Below are positions 1 through 8,510 of a stretch of 64,000 bases of DNA, piece by piece. Source of the DNA: Pseudomonadota bacterium (GTDB taxonomy: Bacteria; Bdellovibrionota; FAC87; UBA2466); contig JAYSWN010000068.1 in assembly GCA_043718025.1 (NCBI GenBank), positions 64,001 to 128,000 of the forward strand. The letters run 5' to 3'. Each line of letters begins with the position of its first letter. Position 1 is the first letter of the stretch. The notes beneath the pieces are model-generated. The model was given only the letters and a program-made list of their open reading frames with translations, was not told where the DNA came from and made no database searches. The translations under genes were made by a program, and so were the position numbers.

Positions 1-5
1 AGCAG

Positions 6-329
6 ATGGCCGCTGACGAAACCAAGATTCAGCTTCAATCCTTATCCGAATCCCGCGATGGTTTTTACCTTTCCCGTCTAAATATCCGCATTCAGATTGA
101 GTCAGCGCGGCCCGGGGTGATTCAGGTTCAGACTAAACGCATTGCGGTTGAGAACCCCATTCACCTTTCCACCGCAACTTTAGAAGCTAATTTTGGGGCT
201 TTTGATGAGGTGACTTGGCTGTTTCTGGGAGAAAAAATTAACTCAGAGCAGGTGGCTCGCCATTTCTTAACTGAATTGGTCCAAAACACGATGCGGACCT
301 CGCGTCCTTCAGCTCCTGCACAAAATTAG
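6..329 (+). CDS. Hypothetical protein (at window edge, true start uncertain)
   Basis: 107-aa ORF converging on the speD-like gene; no recognisable motif. Confidence 0.5.
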   Translation: MAADETKIQLQSLSESRDGFYLSRLNIRIQIESARPGVIQVQTKRIAVENPIHLSTATLEANFGAFDEVTWLFLGEKINSEQVARHFLTELVQNTMRTSRPSAPAQN

Positions 330-379
330 TGGGGGCTGCTTTCCAGAACCCATTTCTGGGTTCCTAACCCTAGTTCTGA

Positions 380-832
380 CTAATAATTTTCTACTTCAAT
401 CAGCTCTTCATCTTCACGAAGGCGGTAGACCAGAGCCGTTTCGATGGTCTTTGGCTTGAACGCCTTTTTTAATTCTTTGTAGATCAAATCCGGATCAAAA
501 TCTTTGCAGCTGTAGCAATCGAAGGTGAAAAACGGCTTAAAGATTCGCCGTTGAACGCCGCGTGGCTTTGGCTTTCCATCTTTTTGCCCGTGCGGGAAAG
601 TGTGGATGGAAATGTGCGAGGTGGCGATAATCGTCGTGCCGGTGATGCCGATATCTGGGTGGTCTTCGGGGCGTACTTTGTAGACAATGGGCAATCCCAT
701 GCGCTGCATTCCAATTACGTCTGGCAAACGTTTCAAGAAAGAATAAACCGCATCGAACGACATGAGCGCGCGCTTATCGCAATCAAATCCAGAACACATT
801 AAGTGGGGCCAACCGCGGTAATCCTTTTCCAT
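380..832 (-). CDS. speD: S-adenosylmethionine decarboxylase (SpeD)-family pyruvoyl proenzyme, atypical
   Basis: GITGTTIIATSHISIHTFP and FDCYSC match the class 1 SpeD self-cleavage and Cys motifs. Start moved from 877 to ATG 832, which has an AAGGAG RBS. Confidence 0.8.
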   Translation of the reverse strand: MEKDYRGWPHLMCSGFDCDKRALMSFDAVYSFLKRLPDVIGMQRMGLPIVYKVRPEDHPDIGITGTTIIATSHISIHTFPHGQKDGKPKPRGVQRRIFKPFFTFDCYSCKDFDPDLIYKELKKAFKPKTIETALVYRLREDEELIEVENY

Positions 833-996
833 CGTGCGCTGTTCTCCTTGAAATGAACAATTGCATGTACCGAACATTATTCAAAAGATCCAATTAAATC
901 TTCGGCATTCCTCTCTCTCCGTGGCTGGAAATCCACGTCGGGAGTCCGATTTTTGGAGCAAGCAATGTATTTCCGCGCTTTCCCCAGGCTGACCAG

Positions 997-1013
997 TCGG
1001 CACGAGTCTCGCA
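997..1013 (+). promoter_or_regulatory. Putative sigma54 (-24/-12) promoter of the flp pilin operon
   Basis: TCGGCACGAGTCTCGCA: GG(999-1000)-N10-GC(1011-1012) with GGCAC core, 13 nt before the flp ATG. Confidence 0.6.
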
Positions 1014-1025
1014 CTTGAGCATCGT

Positions 1026-1310
1026 ATGAAAAAAATTCAAAGCCAGGTCATTAAAAAAAACCGAAAGCTCAGGCGAAAAAGCAGTCGGGGGCAGGGGTTG
1101 ATGGAGTACCTAATTCTCGTCTGCCTCATCGCCGTTGCCGCAATTACGGTGGTAAGTACGGTGGGCAAAAACCTAACCGAGCAGTACGCCAACATTTCAA
1201 ATGCTCTTCAAAATAAGAAAGCCATCAAACTTACGCCCGTCGATAAGAAGGCCTACGAAGCTCGGGGGATGGATAGTTTCATGGAGGGGGCTCAGACCAG
1301 TGGGCAATAG
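1026..1310 (+). CDS. flp: Flp family type IVb/c pilin
   Basis: Basic leader, then G|QGLMEY Flp motif and hydrophobic helix (LILVCLIAVAAITVV). Confidence 0.9.
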   Translation: MKKIQSQVIKKNRKLRRKSSRGQGLMEYLILVCLIAVAAITVVSTVGKNLTEQYANISNALQNKKAIKLTPVDKKAYEARGMDSFMEGAQTSGQ

Positions 1311-1710
1311 GTCACGTCGCCGTGGGCAACGGGGACAAGTGTTCGTCGAGTTAATCTTCGCCTTGCCTTTCCTACTCTACCTTTCCGGTCTTGCCCTGGA
1401 TCTGGTTCGTTGCGCCGAATACCACATGGTTTTTCATCACGTTGCCTGTTCGACGGTAAGACGCCAGTCCTTGGGAATAGCGGGCGGCGGCGAGAGGGAG
1501 GTACGCCTGGGGTTAGCCCGGTTTTTTGGTCCAGGCTTTCCCCGCGCTGGCCGATTCGAGGTTGAACATACTTGGAGCTCCTCAGGTCGCGGGCGGATGC
1601 GTACGGTGGGCCTGCATTACCGTTACCCCCAATTCTTTCGGTTTCCACTGGGTGAACAAACTAAGCACCATATGGAGGTAAGCGCCCAGTGCTCTTTTCC
1701 TATTGGATAA
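1300..1710 (+). CDS. TadE-like pseudopilin
   Basis: RGQRG|QVFVELIFALPFLL TadE-type motif. GTG 1300 with GGAGG RBS preferred over the ORF-track start at 1201. Confidence 0.75.
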   Translation: MGNRSRRRGQRGQVFVELIFALPFLLYLSGLALDLVRCAEYHMVFHHVACSTVRRQSLGIAGGGEREVRLGLARFFGPGFPRAGRFEVEHTWSSSGRGRMRTVGLHYRYPQFFRFPLGEQTKHHMEVSAQCSFPIG

Positions 1711-2264
1711 CCCTGTTTTTGCCGGTATTTGCCTTTCCTCTGATTTCTCACCGTCACCACGCTGAAATTTTTGCGATTGAGCGCAATGGGATTGCCGCCG
1801 ACAACGCGGGAATACGTTTGGGCGAGGGAGAAGTGGCGTGGCTTAACTACCTCGACGAGCAGAATGAAAAATTAAAAAAGTGGGAATTGGCTCACCATCC
1901 GGTTCACGCCTGTCAGTTAATTCCCGTAATCGGAGCGAAGTGCCGGGCCGCAGACCAGCTGTGGGAGGGCGCAATTCGTATCCAACACGCGCGGGTGGGG
2001 CTTGAGCTTCAGGCACGCTGGCGGCGCGCCCACACTGCAGCGGCGCTTGAAATTGCCCGGGTTGGCGGGGTGGGGGTTTCTATTCAGCGCTTACCGTTTG
2101 CACCAGTACGGTCGAGTCAATGTCCGGTGTGCCGACTTTCAGTCAGCTGGGTCTTGGTCAAACCACCGCCCTCGGTGGTTTCTGTGCTCAACAATCAACT
2201 GCAGACGGTGAACGTCATGATAACTCCTCGTCAAGGGCAGAGGTACGAATATGAGTTCCGCTAA
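1689..2264 (+). CDS. Hypothetical Tad-locus protein (N-terminal hydrophobic segment, Cys-containing)
   Basis: Overlaps both neighbours; GGAGG RBS; hydrophobic N-terminus; CPVC. Confidence 0.65.
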   Translation: MLFSYWITLFLPVFAFPLISHRHHAEIFAIERNGIAADNAGIRLGEGEVAWLNYLDEQNEKLKKWELAHHPVHACQLIPVIGAKCRAADQLWEGAIRIQHARVGLELQARWRRAHTAAALEIARVGGVGVSIQRLPFAPVRSSQCPVCRLSVSWVLVKPPPSVVSVLNNQLQTVNVMITPRQGQRYEYEFR

Positions 2265-2433
2265 AAAACGTGAGCTCCAGGCGGGAGTCGTTTTTTGGGA
2301 GTTACTGGTGTGGACCGGTTTAATTGCGATGAGCGTATTTGGGTTCCAGACCAAGCTCTCTTCTTACTGGCGTGAAAAATTGAACGACCTGCAGAAATTA
2401 AGAATTCCGTACACGGGGAGGGCCCTAAAGTGA
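2251..2433 (+). CDS. Small pilin-like protein
   Basis: QAG|VVFWELLVWTGLIAM has a prepilin-like G|xxxxE pattern and TM helix; overlaps both neighbours. Confidence 0.65.
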   Translation: MSSAKKRELQAGVVFWELLVWTGLIAMSVFGFQTKLSSYWREKLNDLQKLRIPYTGRALK

Positions 2434-3134
2434 CGTCGCTTGCCTCGCTGATTCCCTACTTTTCTGGTTTGGTCAGAAACCGCCGCCTCGTTTGGGGGGC
2501 TGCGTTTACCCTGATTTTTGCCGGAGTCTTCTTTTCGCTAAGGGCTGAAAAAGAGCATGGGCTGTCGCGTCGTTTATTGATTGCCGATCGCGATGTTCCT
2601 GCCGGAAGTCCGGTCACCTCATTTTTCTTTGGGATGATGAGGGAGGTTGTCAGCGGCGAACCAACTCCCTCTGACGCTGTGTCCGACCAAGAGCTGCACT
2701 TATTAAAGGGAACTTTGGTAAACTTGCCGATACGACGCGGGGAAATTTTGAGACGAAGTCATTTGAAGCTCGCCGATCCTCCTAAACGGATGTCTGAACA
2801 GATTCCCTTGGGAAGCCGAGCTTATCTTCTAGAAGTGCATTCAGGTATCACCTCGGTAAAACCTGGCGATAAGGTCGATGTTCTAGTGTCGTCCGCATCG
2901 TCGGCAAGGCTGACCGTCGTGGAAAATATAGTGGTACTTGAAGTTCATGGTGATCGTGATCTTACGCTGGCGGTAACGGTGGCCGAGATGGAGAATCTGG
3001 AATTGGCTCGTGGCCAAGGCACTTTTGGAGTAGTTCTGCGCAACCCAAAGGATTCGAGAAAAGGGAGCGGACGATTTCAAAGGGTGATACCGGGGAAACC
3101 ATCGATACCAGTTTTTTACGAAGGGAGATTGTAA
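2430..3134 (+). CDS. cpaB: Flp pilus assembly protein CpaB/RcpC-like (SAF domain)
   Basis: N-terminal TM; ADRDVPAG and IRRGEIL (SAF); IPLGSRAY, VKPGDKVDVL, VVENIVVL, VLRNPKD motifs. Confidence 0.85.
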   Translation: MTSLASLIPYFSGLVRNRRLVWGAAFTLIFAGVFFSLRAEKEHGLSRRLLIADRDVPAGSPVTSFFFGMMREVVSGEPTPSDAVSDQELHLLKGTLVNLPIRRGEILRRSHLKLADPPKRMSEQIPLGSRAYLLEVHSGITSVKPGDKVDVLVSSASSARLTVVENIVVLEVHGDRDLTLAVTVAEMENLELARGQGTFGVVLRNPKDSRKGSGRFQRVIPGKPSIPVFYEGRL

Positions 3135-4387
3135 TGGCGAGGCAATTTATAGTGATGGTTCTTGCGGCGTTAATGACACTGCCTAGCCAGGCAAGCATTG
3201 TCCCTCGTGATCGGCCGCTTCGTTTGGGAGTGATTCGGTTCGAAGAGCGCGATGATCGGACCGGAAGCGAAAAAAGTGCGGCCGGTGATCGTCGATTGAG
3301 CCGGTGGCTAGAAAACCTTCGCGACATCTCAATCGAAGCAGAAAGCCTGCCTCCCGTGCAAAAGGGGATAGCGGCGCTCTCGGCGGTGCCGTGCCATAGT
3401 ATTCAGAGCACGCTTTCCCGATGTCAGGTGGCGATGGCGGTTTCAGCTGAACCCCATTCATGGAAGAGAGCTTGTACCGGCCTTTTGACCGCCGCCAACC
3501 GTCTGGCCGAACAGGGGGTGTGCGGTTCTGAAGTACAAAAGGCTTGGGTTTTAGAAAGCATTTTGGCCGGAACCGAGGAACAGTTCGTTCGCCAGAGCAC
3601 TCTGATTCAAAAAGCCGTATTGCATCACCCTAGCGGGTTTCTCACATCACCGTTTGAGTGGGAGAAGGAGCCTCAGGGGTTTGAAGCGGCTAAGTTTTGG
3701 GGCGAGGTTAAAAAAACTAAAGAAGGGTTAATTCGTGATTGCCGCGTGGACGTTAAAGACGCAGAGGCCTACGACGCTTTTTTTGTAAATGGCTTTGTCA
3801 TGGAGCCCACTTCCCGCCTACAGCTGCACCGACAAGGAAAATGGATCATTCAAGCGAAAAAAGGCGAAACCGTTTTCAGGGGCATGGCGAGTTGTCGTTC
3901 GGCACAGGCTTTTCAGAATAGTTTGGACCTCAAGCAAGAGGATCGTCAGTGGTCGATTAAATCGCAGCTCTCGCAGGTGGTCGAAGCACGAAATTTAGAT
4001 TCTTTGTTAGTGGTTCAGCCCGTTCGTGAACAAATTCGCCTTTTCTTATTTCAGAGCCAAGACTCCCGTCTTTTGGAAGTGCCGCTTGAAAAGCCAATAC
4101 TACTCAAAGATTGGGAGGCCCAGCGCACCGAGCTTACTCTGCCGATTGCGCAGGAAAAATTGGTGGCTTTACTCAACATTGGATTGCTCGACGCGTCACT
4201 TGCGGAGGAGCCACCGCTGCCCAACTCGCTCAATACCCAGATTGGTGCAGCTAATAAGCAGTGGTACAATAATAGTACCTTCTGGTGGGTTACTGCGGGT
4301 CTTGCGGCTGGCGTGGCAACCATCTTTCTACTTACACAAAATGGCCAAGTCAGACCAAACCCATCAGTACGCATCGAATTACCCTAA
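3134..4387 (+). CDS. Hypothetical exported protein with C-terminal TM anchor
   Basis: Signal peptide (..PSQA); C-terminal WYNNSTFWWVTAGLAAGVATIFLL; 1-nt overlap with cpaB. Confidence 0.7.
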   Translation: MARQFIVMVLAALMTLPSQASIVPRDRPLRLGVIRFEERDDRTGSEKSAAGDRRLSRWLENLRDISIEAESLPPVQKGIAALSAVPCHSIQSTLSRCQVAMAVSAEPHSWKRACTGLLTAANRLAEQGVCGSEVQKAWVLESILAGTEEQFVRQSTLIQKAVLHHPSGFLTSPFEWEKEPQGFEAAKFWGEVKKTKEGLIRDCRVDVKDAEAYDAFFVNGFVMEPTSRLQLHRQGKWIIQAKKGETVFRGMASCRSAQAFQNSLDLKQEDRQWSIKSQLSQVVEARNLDSLLVVQPVREQIRLFLFQSQDSRLLEVPLEKPILLKDWEAQRTELTLPIAQEKLVALLNIGLLDASLAEEPPLPNSLNTQIGAANKQWYNNSTFWWVTAGLAAGVATIFLLTQNGQVRPNPSVRIELP

Positions 4388-4418
4388 AGCGACCACCTCT
4401 GCCCGCAGCGATAAGTTT

Positions 4419-4667
4419 CTGGTTGAATGGGTTAAAGGAATAAGCCACAAACATTTGTTTTTCGGCGTCTGGGCCTTGATCGTAATGCTGTTTGTTGGCT
4501 TGATGTCGGGTTACTACCGACGGGTAACGAGAAGAAATTTTAGAAATGATGGTGGCGGTTTACCGCCAGTATTCACCAAGCGAAATCCAAATCCGTTGCC
4601 GGGCTCCCGATCGGGTGCTGCGGTCACCGTGAACTCGAAAGAAAAGGGCACTAAGACGGGCTCTTAG
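4419..4667 (+). CDS. Possible small single-TM membrane protein (start uncertain)
   Basis: 3' part of ORF 4026-4667 fills the gap after 4387 and encodes LFFGVWALIVMLFVGLM followed by a basic tail; no clear RBS or ATG. Confidence 0.35.
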   Translation: MVEWVKGISHKHLFFGVWALIVMLFVGLMSGYYRRVTRRNFRNDGGGLPPVFTKRNPNPLPGSRSGAAVTVNSKEKGTKTGS

Positions 4668-4675
4668 CTAAGCAC

Positions 4676-5002
4676 TTAGTACTCTTCGTCTTCTTTATCC
4701 GTTACCACTTCGATGTCTTCGGTTTCATCCTCATCAGCTAAATCATCCACGCTTTCAAATTCCGACCCAGAATCTCCAGATTCGTCGTTTTGAATCATGG
4801 CCTGCGCTGGCTCTTGGCGTTCTTTCTTTTCGGGCTTGGCTACAATCTTCACCGGCGGCAAGCTGCCGTCGAATTCAACGTGGCATTTTGGGCAGGTAAG
4901 CTCTTTCTTATTGAAATCGTAGAACTTTGCCGCGCATTTGGGGCAGGTTCGTTTAGTTCCTAAATTGTTTTCGGTGGCCACTTTTGCCGTATTTTTTTTC
5001 AT
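4676..5002 (-). CDS. TIGR02300 / FYDLN-acid family Zn-ribbon protein
   Basis: LGTKRTCPKCAAKFYDFNK..CPKC plus acidic C-terminal tail. Confidence 0.9.
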   Translation of the reverse strand: MKKNTAKVATENNLGTKRTCPKCAAKFYDFNKKELTCPKCHVEFDGSLPPVKIVAKPEKKERQEPAQAMIQNDESGDSGSEFESVDDLADEDETEDIEVVTDKEDEEY

Positions 5003-5103
5003 GTGCTTTTTGGTCCTTCAATCAAGCGACACGCTTAAGAAAATCGACTTCATCTAACGACGTCCCGCACCATCGTCAAGCGCTACCCTGAATTATTATT
5101 CTA

Positions 5104-6036
5104 CTACGAAATTTTTCCTTCTTTAGGAAAATGGGTGAGCCTAACAAAGGCCTCAAAACGCTCTTGAAGCTTCTGCGGGGTACAGCTCATCAACGCGGCT
5201 GGACCAAAGTCTTGAACCGTAAAGGAGGCGACTACGCAGCCCATCACAACCGCACGCCGCAACTCATCGGGGTTCGTCCAGTCTCCCGCGCGCGACGCAA
5301 GATATCCCATAAAGCCGCCGGCAAATGAATCGCCCGCACCGGTCGGATCTTTCACGTCATGCAAAGGCAGACCGGGAATTGAAAAGAATTCATTACGGTC
5401 AAATAAGAGTGCACCATACTCACCACGTTTGATTACTAAACGTTGGGGGCCCCAGCTCATGATTGTTTTCGCTACTTCAACGATGGAATGGCTTTTTGCC
5501 AATAACCGCGCCTCGCCTTCGTTGATGATGACCAGGTTCACCTTTTTGATGGTGTTGATGAGCTCTTCACGTTGGCTCGCTATCCAGTAATTCATGGTAT
5601 CGAGCGCAACCAGTTTCGGCGCCGAGGTCTGTTTCATAACCTTCTGCTGAATGACCGGAGATAGGTTACCCAAAAATACATACTGCGAATCACGAAAACT
5701 TTCAGGCAACTCGGGGTCAAACGTTTCAAGAACATTCAGGTGGGTGGCCAGTGTTTCCGCTTCGTGAAGCTCCGAACCGTACTTCCCCGACCAATGAAAG
5801 GTTTTTCCCGCTAAACGAGTGACGCCCGCCAAATCAACCCGCCGTTTTTTCAGCTCTTCGAGGTGGCTTTCCGGAAAGTCCTCACCCACCACGCCTACCA
5901 ATCGAACCGGCGAAAATAGGCTGGAAGCCAAAGCAAAATAATTACCAGATCCGCCTAATATTTTGGGAGCCTTCCCAAAGGGCGTTTCAATGGTGTCAAA
6001 AGCGAGGGTGCCAACAACAAGAAGCGACGACGGCAT
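5104..6036 (-). CDS. PfkB-family carbohydrate/nucleoside kinase
   Basis: GGSG N-terminal motif, NEGEA, DPTGAGDSFAGG signature. Confidence 0.92.
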   Translation of the reverse strand: MPSSLLVVGTLAFDTIETPFGKAPKILGGSGNYFALASSLFSPVRLVGVVGEDFPESHLEELKKRRVDLAGVTRLAGKTFHWSGKYGSELHEAETLATHLNVLETFDPELPESFRDSQYVFLGNLSPVIQQKVMKQTSAPKLVALDTMNYWIASQREELINTIKKVNLVIINEGEARLLAKSHSIVEVAKTIMSWGPQRLVIKRGEYGALLFDRNEFFSIPGLPLHDVKDPTGAGDSFAGGFMGYLASRAGDWTNPDELRRAVVMGCVVASFTVQDFGPAALMSCTPQKLQERFEAFVRLTHFPKEGKIS

Positions 6037-6041
6037 TGAAT

Positions 6042-6902
6042 TTACTCCAAAATGGTTTCAAGTGCGGCTAACCGTGATTTGGGCCACAACTCTTTGGGGG
6101 TCATTACCGCATGCTCCATCTCCCGCCAACACTTTCCACAGGGAGAGGGGGGGGCCTCGGCCAAACTGTTGATCAGGCGTTGCGAATTTCCCACGTTAGA
6201 TTTTAATACCTTAATAATGGCTTCCACCGAGACGTCGCCGCCGCCAGCATTCCAGCAATCGTAGTCAGTCGCCATGGCAATGGTGTGGTAGCAAAGGCGT
6301 GCCTCACGGGCAAGTCGGGCTTCGGGCAGGGCGGTCATCCCAATCACCACCGCTCGCCGACTGGCATCGCCCAGATTCCACGAACGGTACCAATGCGATT
6401 CCGCCCGAGTCGAGAATTGCGGCCCTTCCATACAAACGTATGTGCCACCGGTATGAGTCTTTATGGAGAGCCCAGAAAGTTTTTTCACTAGATCTTGGCG
6501 AAGACCCGCACAAGAAGGGTCAGCAAAATGTGCGTGGCCAACCACCCCCTCGCCAAAAAAAGTGTTGGGACGCCCGCGAGTCAGATCTAAGTACTGATCG
6601 GGCAGCACAAATTCACCCGGAATAATCTCTTCGCGCAAGCTTCCTACCGCGCTAATCGAAAACAGCACCTTAACGCCCAGTTTTTTCAGCGCGAAGATGT
6701 TGGCGCGAGAGTTTAGCTCGGACGGGGAAATTGTGTGTCCTTCCCCGTGCCTAGCGATGAAGAAAATGGTCGTGCCGTGCAATTCTGCTTTGTGAATAGG
6801 ACTTGAAGGCGCACCGTAAGGAGTTTCAACGACAAGCCGCTCCGTGGGAACGCCAAGGTTGTACAACCCGCTGCCACCGATAACGCCTAAAATTTTTGAC
6901 AT
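6042..6902 (-). CDS. mtnP: S-methyl-5'-thioadenosine phosphorylase
   Basis: GVIGGSGLY, ARHG, EGPQFSTRAES, GMT, TDYDCW motifs. Confidence 0.93.
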   Translation of the reverse strand: MSKILGVIGGSGLYNLGVPTERLVVETPYGAPSSPIHKAELHGTTIFFIARHGEGHTISPSELNSRANIFALKKLGVKVLFSISAVGSLREEIIPGEFVLPDQYLDLTRGRPNTFFGEGVVGHAHFADPSCAGLRQDLVKKLSGLSIKTHTGGTYVCMEGPQFSTRAESHWYRSWNLGDASRRAVVIGMTALPEARLAREARLCYHTIAMATDYDCWNAGGGDVSVEAIIKVLKSNVGNSQRLINSLAEAPPSPCGKCWREMEHAVMTPKELWPKSRLAALETILE

Positions 6903-6907
6903 TTTCC

Positions 6908-8491
6908 TTACTCCGGAAGCGTCACTTGAACGAATAACGTACGGCCCTTGCGCTTCACTTCAAGGAAAAGCTTTCGAGACGAGCTCACCTGCTTTTTGTA
7001 CATCGCTAGAGAATCCACAACCTTACGGTTAATGCGCACAATCACATCACCGCTCTCAATGCCGGCCTGCTCGCCGATAGATCCAGGTTGCGTGTTCTCT
7101 ACTATCATCCCATCTTTGGCAGGAGAAGGACTTACTAACAGTCCTAATTTATCCGGCTGACCGTCATTTCCATGTTCAGCCTTAGGGGCCGTAGCCTCGT
7201 CTGGCAGCTTTCCCACTTTTACCGTCACAACGCGGGTCTTCTTGTCGGCGTAAGAGGTGATCTTAATTTTTACCGATTGACCTGGTTTATAGCCGCTAAT
7301 GGTTTTTTGTAGCAGCGCTGGCTCTTTCACGGCCTTTCCATCGACTTCAAGCACCACGTCGCCTGCCTTAAGTCCTGCCTCGGAAGCCGGACTGCTCTCG
7401 ATCACTTCGCGAATGCCCACCCCCTCTTTTACGCCTAATTCCTTAGCGAGATCGGGAGCCAGCGGCTCAATGTAAACGCCCAGCCAGCCGCGGATAATTT
7501 TACCGTCGGTGGCCAATTTGTTGGCTACCTCGCGGGCCAGATTGGCAGGAATGGCAAAACCAATTCCCATGTAGCCGCCACTTCGAGTGTAGATGGCGGT
7601 GTTAATTCCCATTACGCGCCCTTCCAAATCACATAGAGGCCCGCCCGAATTACCTGGATTGATCGCGGCATCGGTTTGTATGAGGTCACCGCCGAAATCA
7701 ACGCCGGTAACGCTTGAATTTCTCCCCCCTTTGGCGCTCACAATACCTACGGTAACGCTTTGACCCAATGCAAAGGGGCTACCAATGGCGATGGCCCAGT
7801 CACCCACTTCAACGGCATCGGAGTCGGCCCATTCTGCGGCGGGGAGATCTTTTCCCCCGACCACTTGAAGTACCGCCAAGTCAGTTTTCGGGTCAGTGCC
7901 GATCACTTTGGCTTTCAGTTCTGTTTTGTCTCCATTTAAATTGATAAGAATTTCGGTGGCGCCATCGACGACGTGATTATTAGTCACAACGATGCCTTTT
8001 TTATCGATAATTACCCCCGAGCCCAAGGAGGTTTGCGGCCCTTGTTCCATAAAGGGAAACGGGTGTCCGAAACGTTCGAAAAAGTCTGAGAAGGGGTCTT
8101 TGCCCATCCCTTGCTCGCCCTCATCTCCTTCGGGAAATGGATTGCGCCGCTTACCCGGCCCTCGAGGGGCACGCTGCAGGCTTTCGCGCTTTGCGCCTTT
8201 AGTGGCCTTAATGTTTACTACCGCCGGCCCCACCTTTTTTGCGACCATACGAAAACTCTCTGAAGTTTTCTTAAGTAGCCCCCCTTCAGGACCAAGCGGT
8301 TTCTCTTCAGCGGCTTTAACGGGATTATCTAATACGGCCTGGCTCGCCATTTTTGGCGACGACAGCTGATAAAGAAACTGCGCGCTAGCATAAATCAGCA
8401 CACTGGTAATTGCGGCAACTACACCGACTACGATGTAGATAGTCCAGCGTGACTGTTTTTTTTCCGACTTACGTTCGAATTCGTCCATCAT
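6908..8491 (-). CDS. DegP/DegQ (HtrA) serine protease with two PDZ domains and an N-terminal TM
   Basis: TNNHVV, DLAV, GNSGGP catalytic triad; two PDZ-like segments. Confidence 0.95.
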   Translation of the reverse strand: MMDEFERKSEKKQSRWTIYIVVGVVAAITSVLIYASAQFLYQLSSPKMASQAVLDNPVKAAEEKPLGPEGGLLKKTSESFRMVAKKVGPAVVNIKATKGAKRESLQRAPRGPGKRRNPFPEGDEGEQGMGKDPFSDFFERFGHPFPFMEQGPQTSLGSGVIIDKKGIVVTNNHVVDGATEILINLNGDKTELKAKVIGTDPKTDLAVLQVVGGKDLPAAEWADSDAVEVGDWAIAIGSPFALGQSVTVGIVSAKGGRNSSVTGVDFGGDLIQTDAAINPGNSGGPLCDLEGRVMGINTAIYTRSGGYMGIGFAIPANLAREVANKLATDGKIIRGWLGVYIEPLAPDLAKELGVKEGVGIREVIESSPASEAGLKAGDVVLEVDGKAVKEPALLQKTISGYKPGQSVKIKITSYADKKTRVVTVKVGKLPDEATAPKAEHGNDGQPDKLGLLVSPSPAKDGMIVENTQPGSIGEQAGIESGDVIVRINRKVVDSLAMYKKQVSSSRKLFLEVKRKGRTLFVQVTLPE

Positions 8492-8510
8492 GTATCTTAT
8501 TCCTCGTAAC

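Noticed and set aside
4026..4418. 5' part of the 213-aa ORF 4026-4667
   Set aside because: It overlaps the 417-aa gene by about 360 nt in another frame; only the 3' TM-encoding part is plausible
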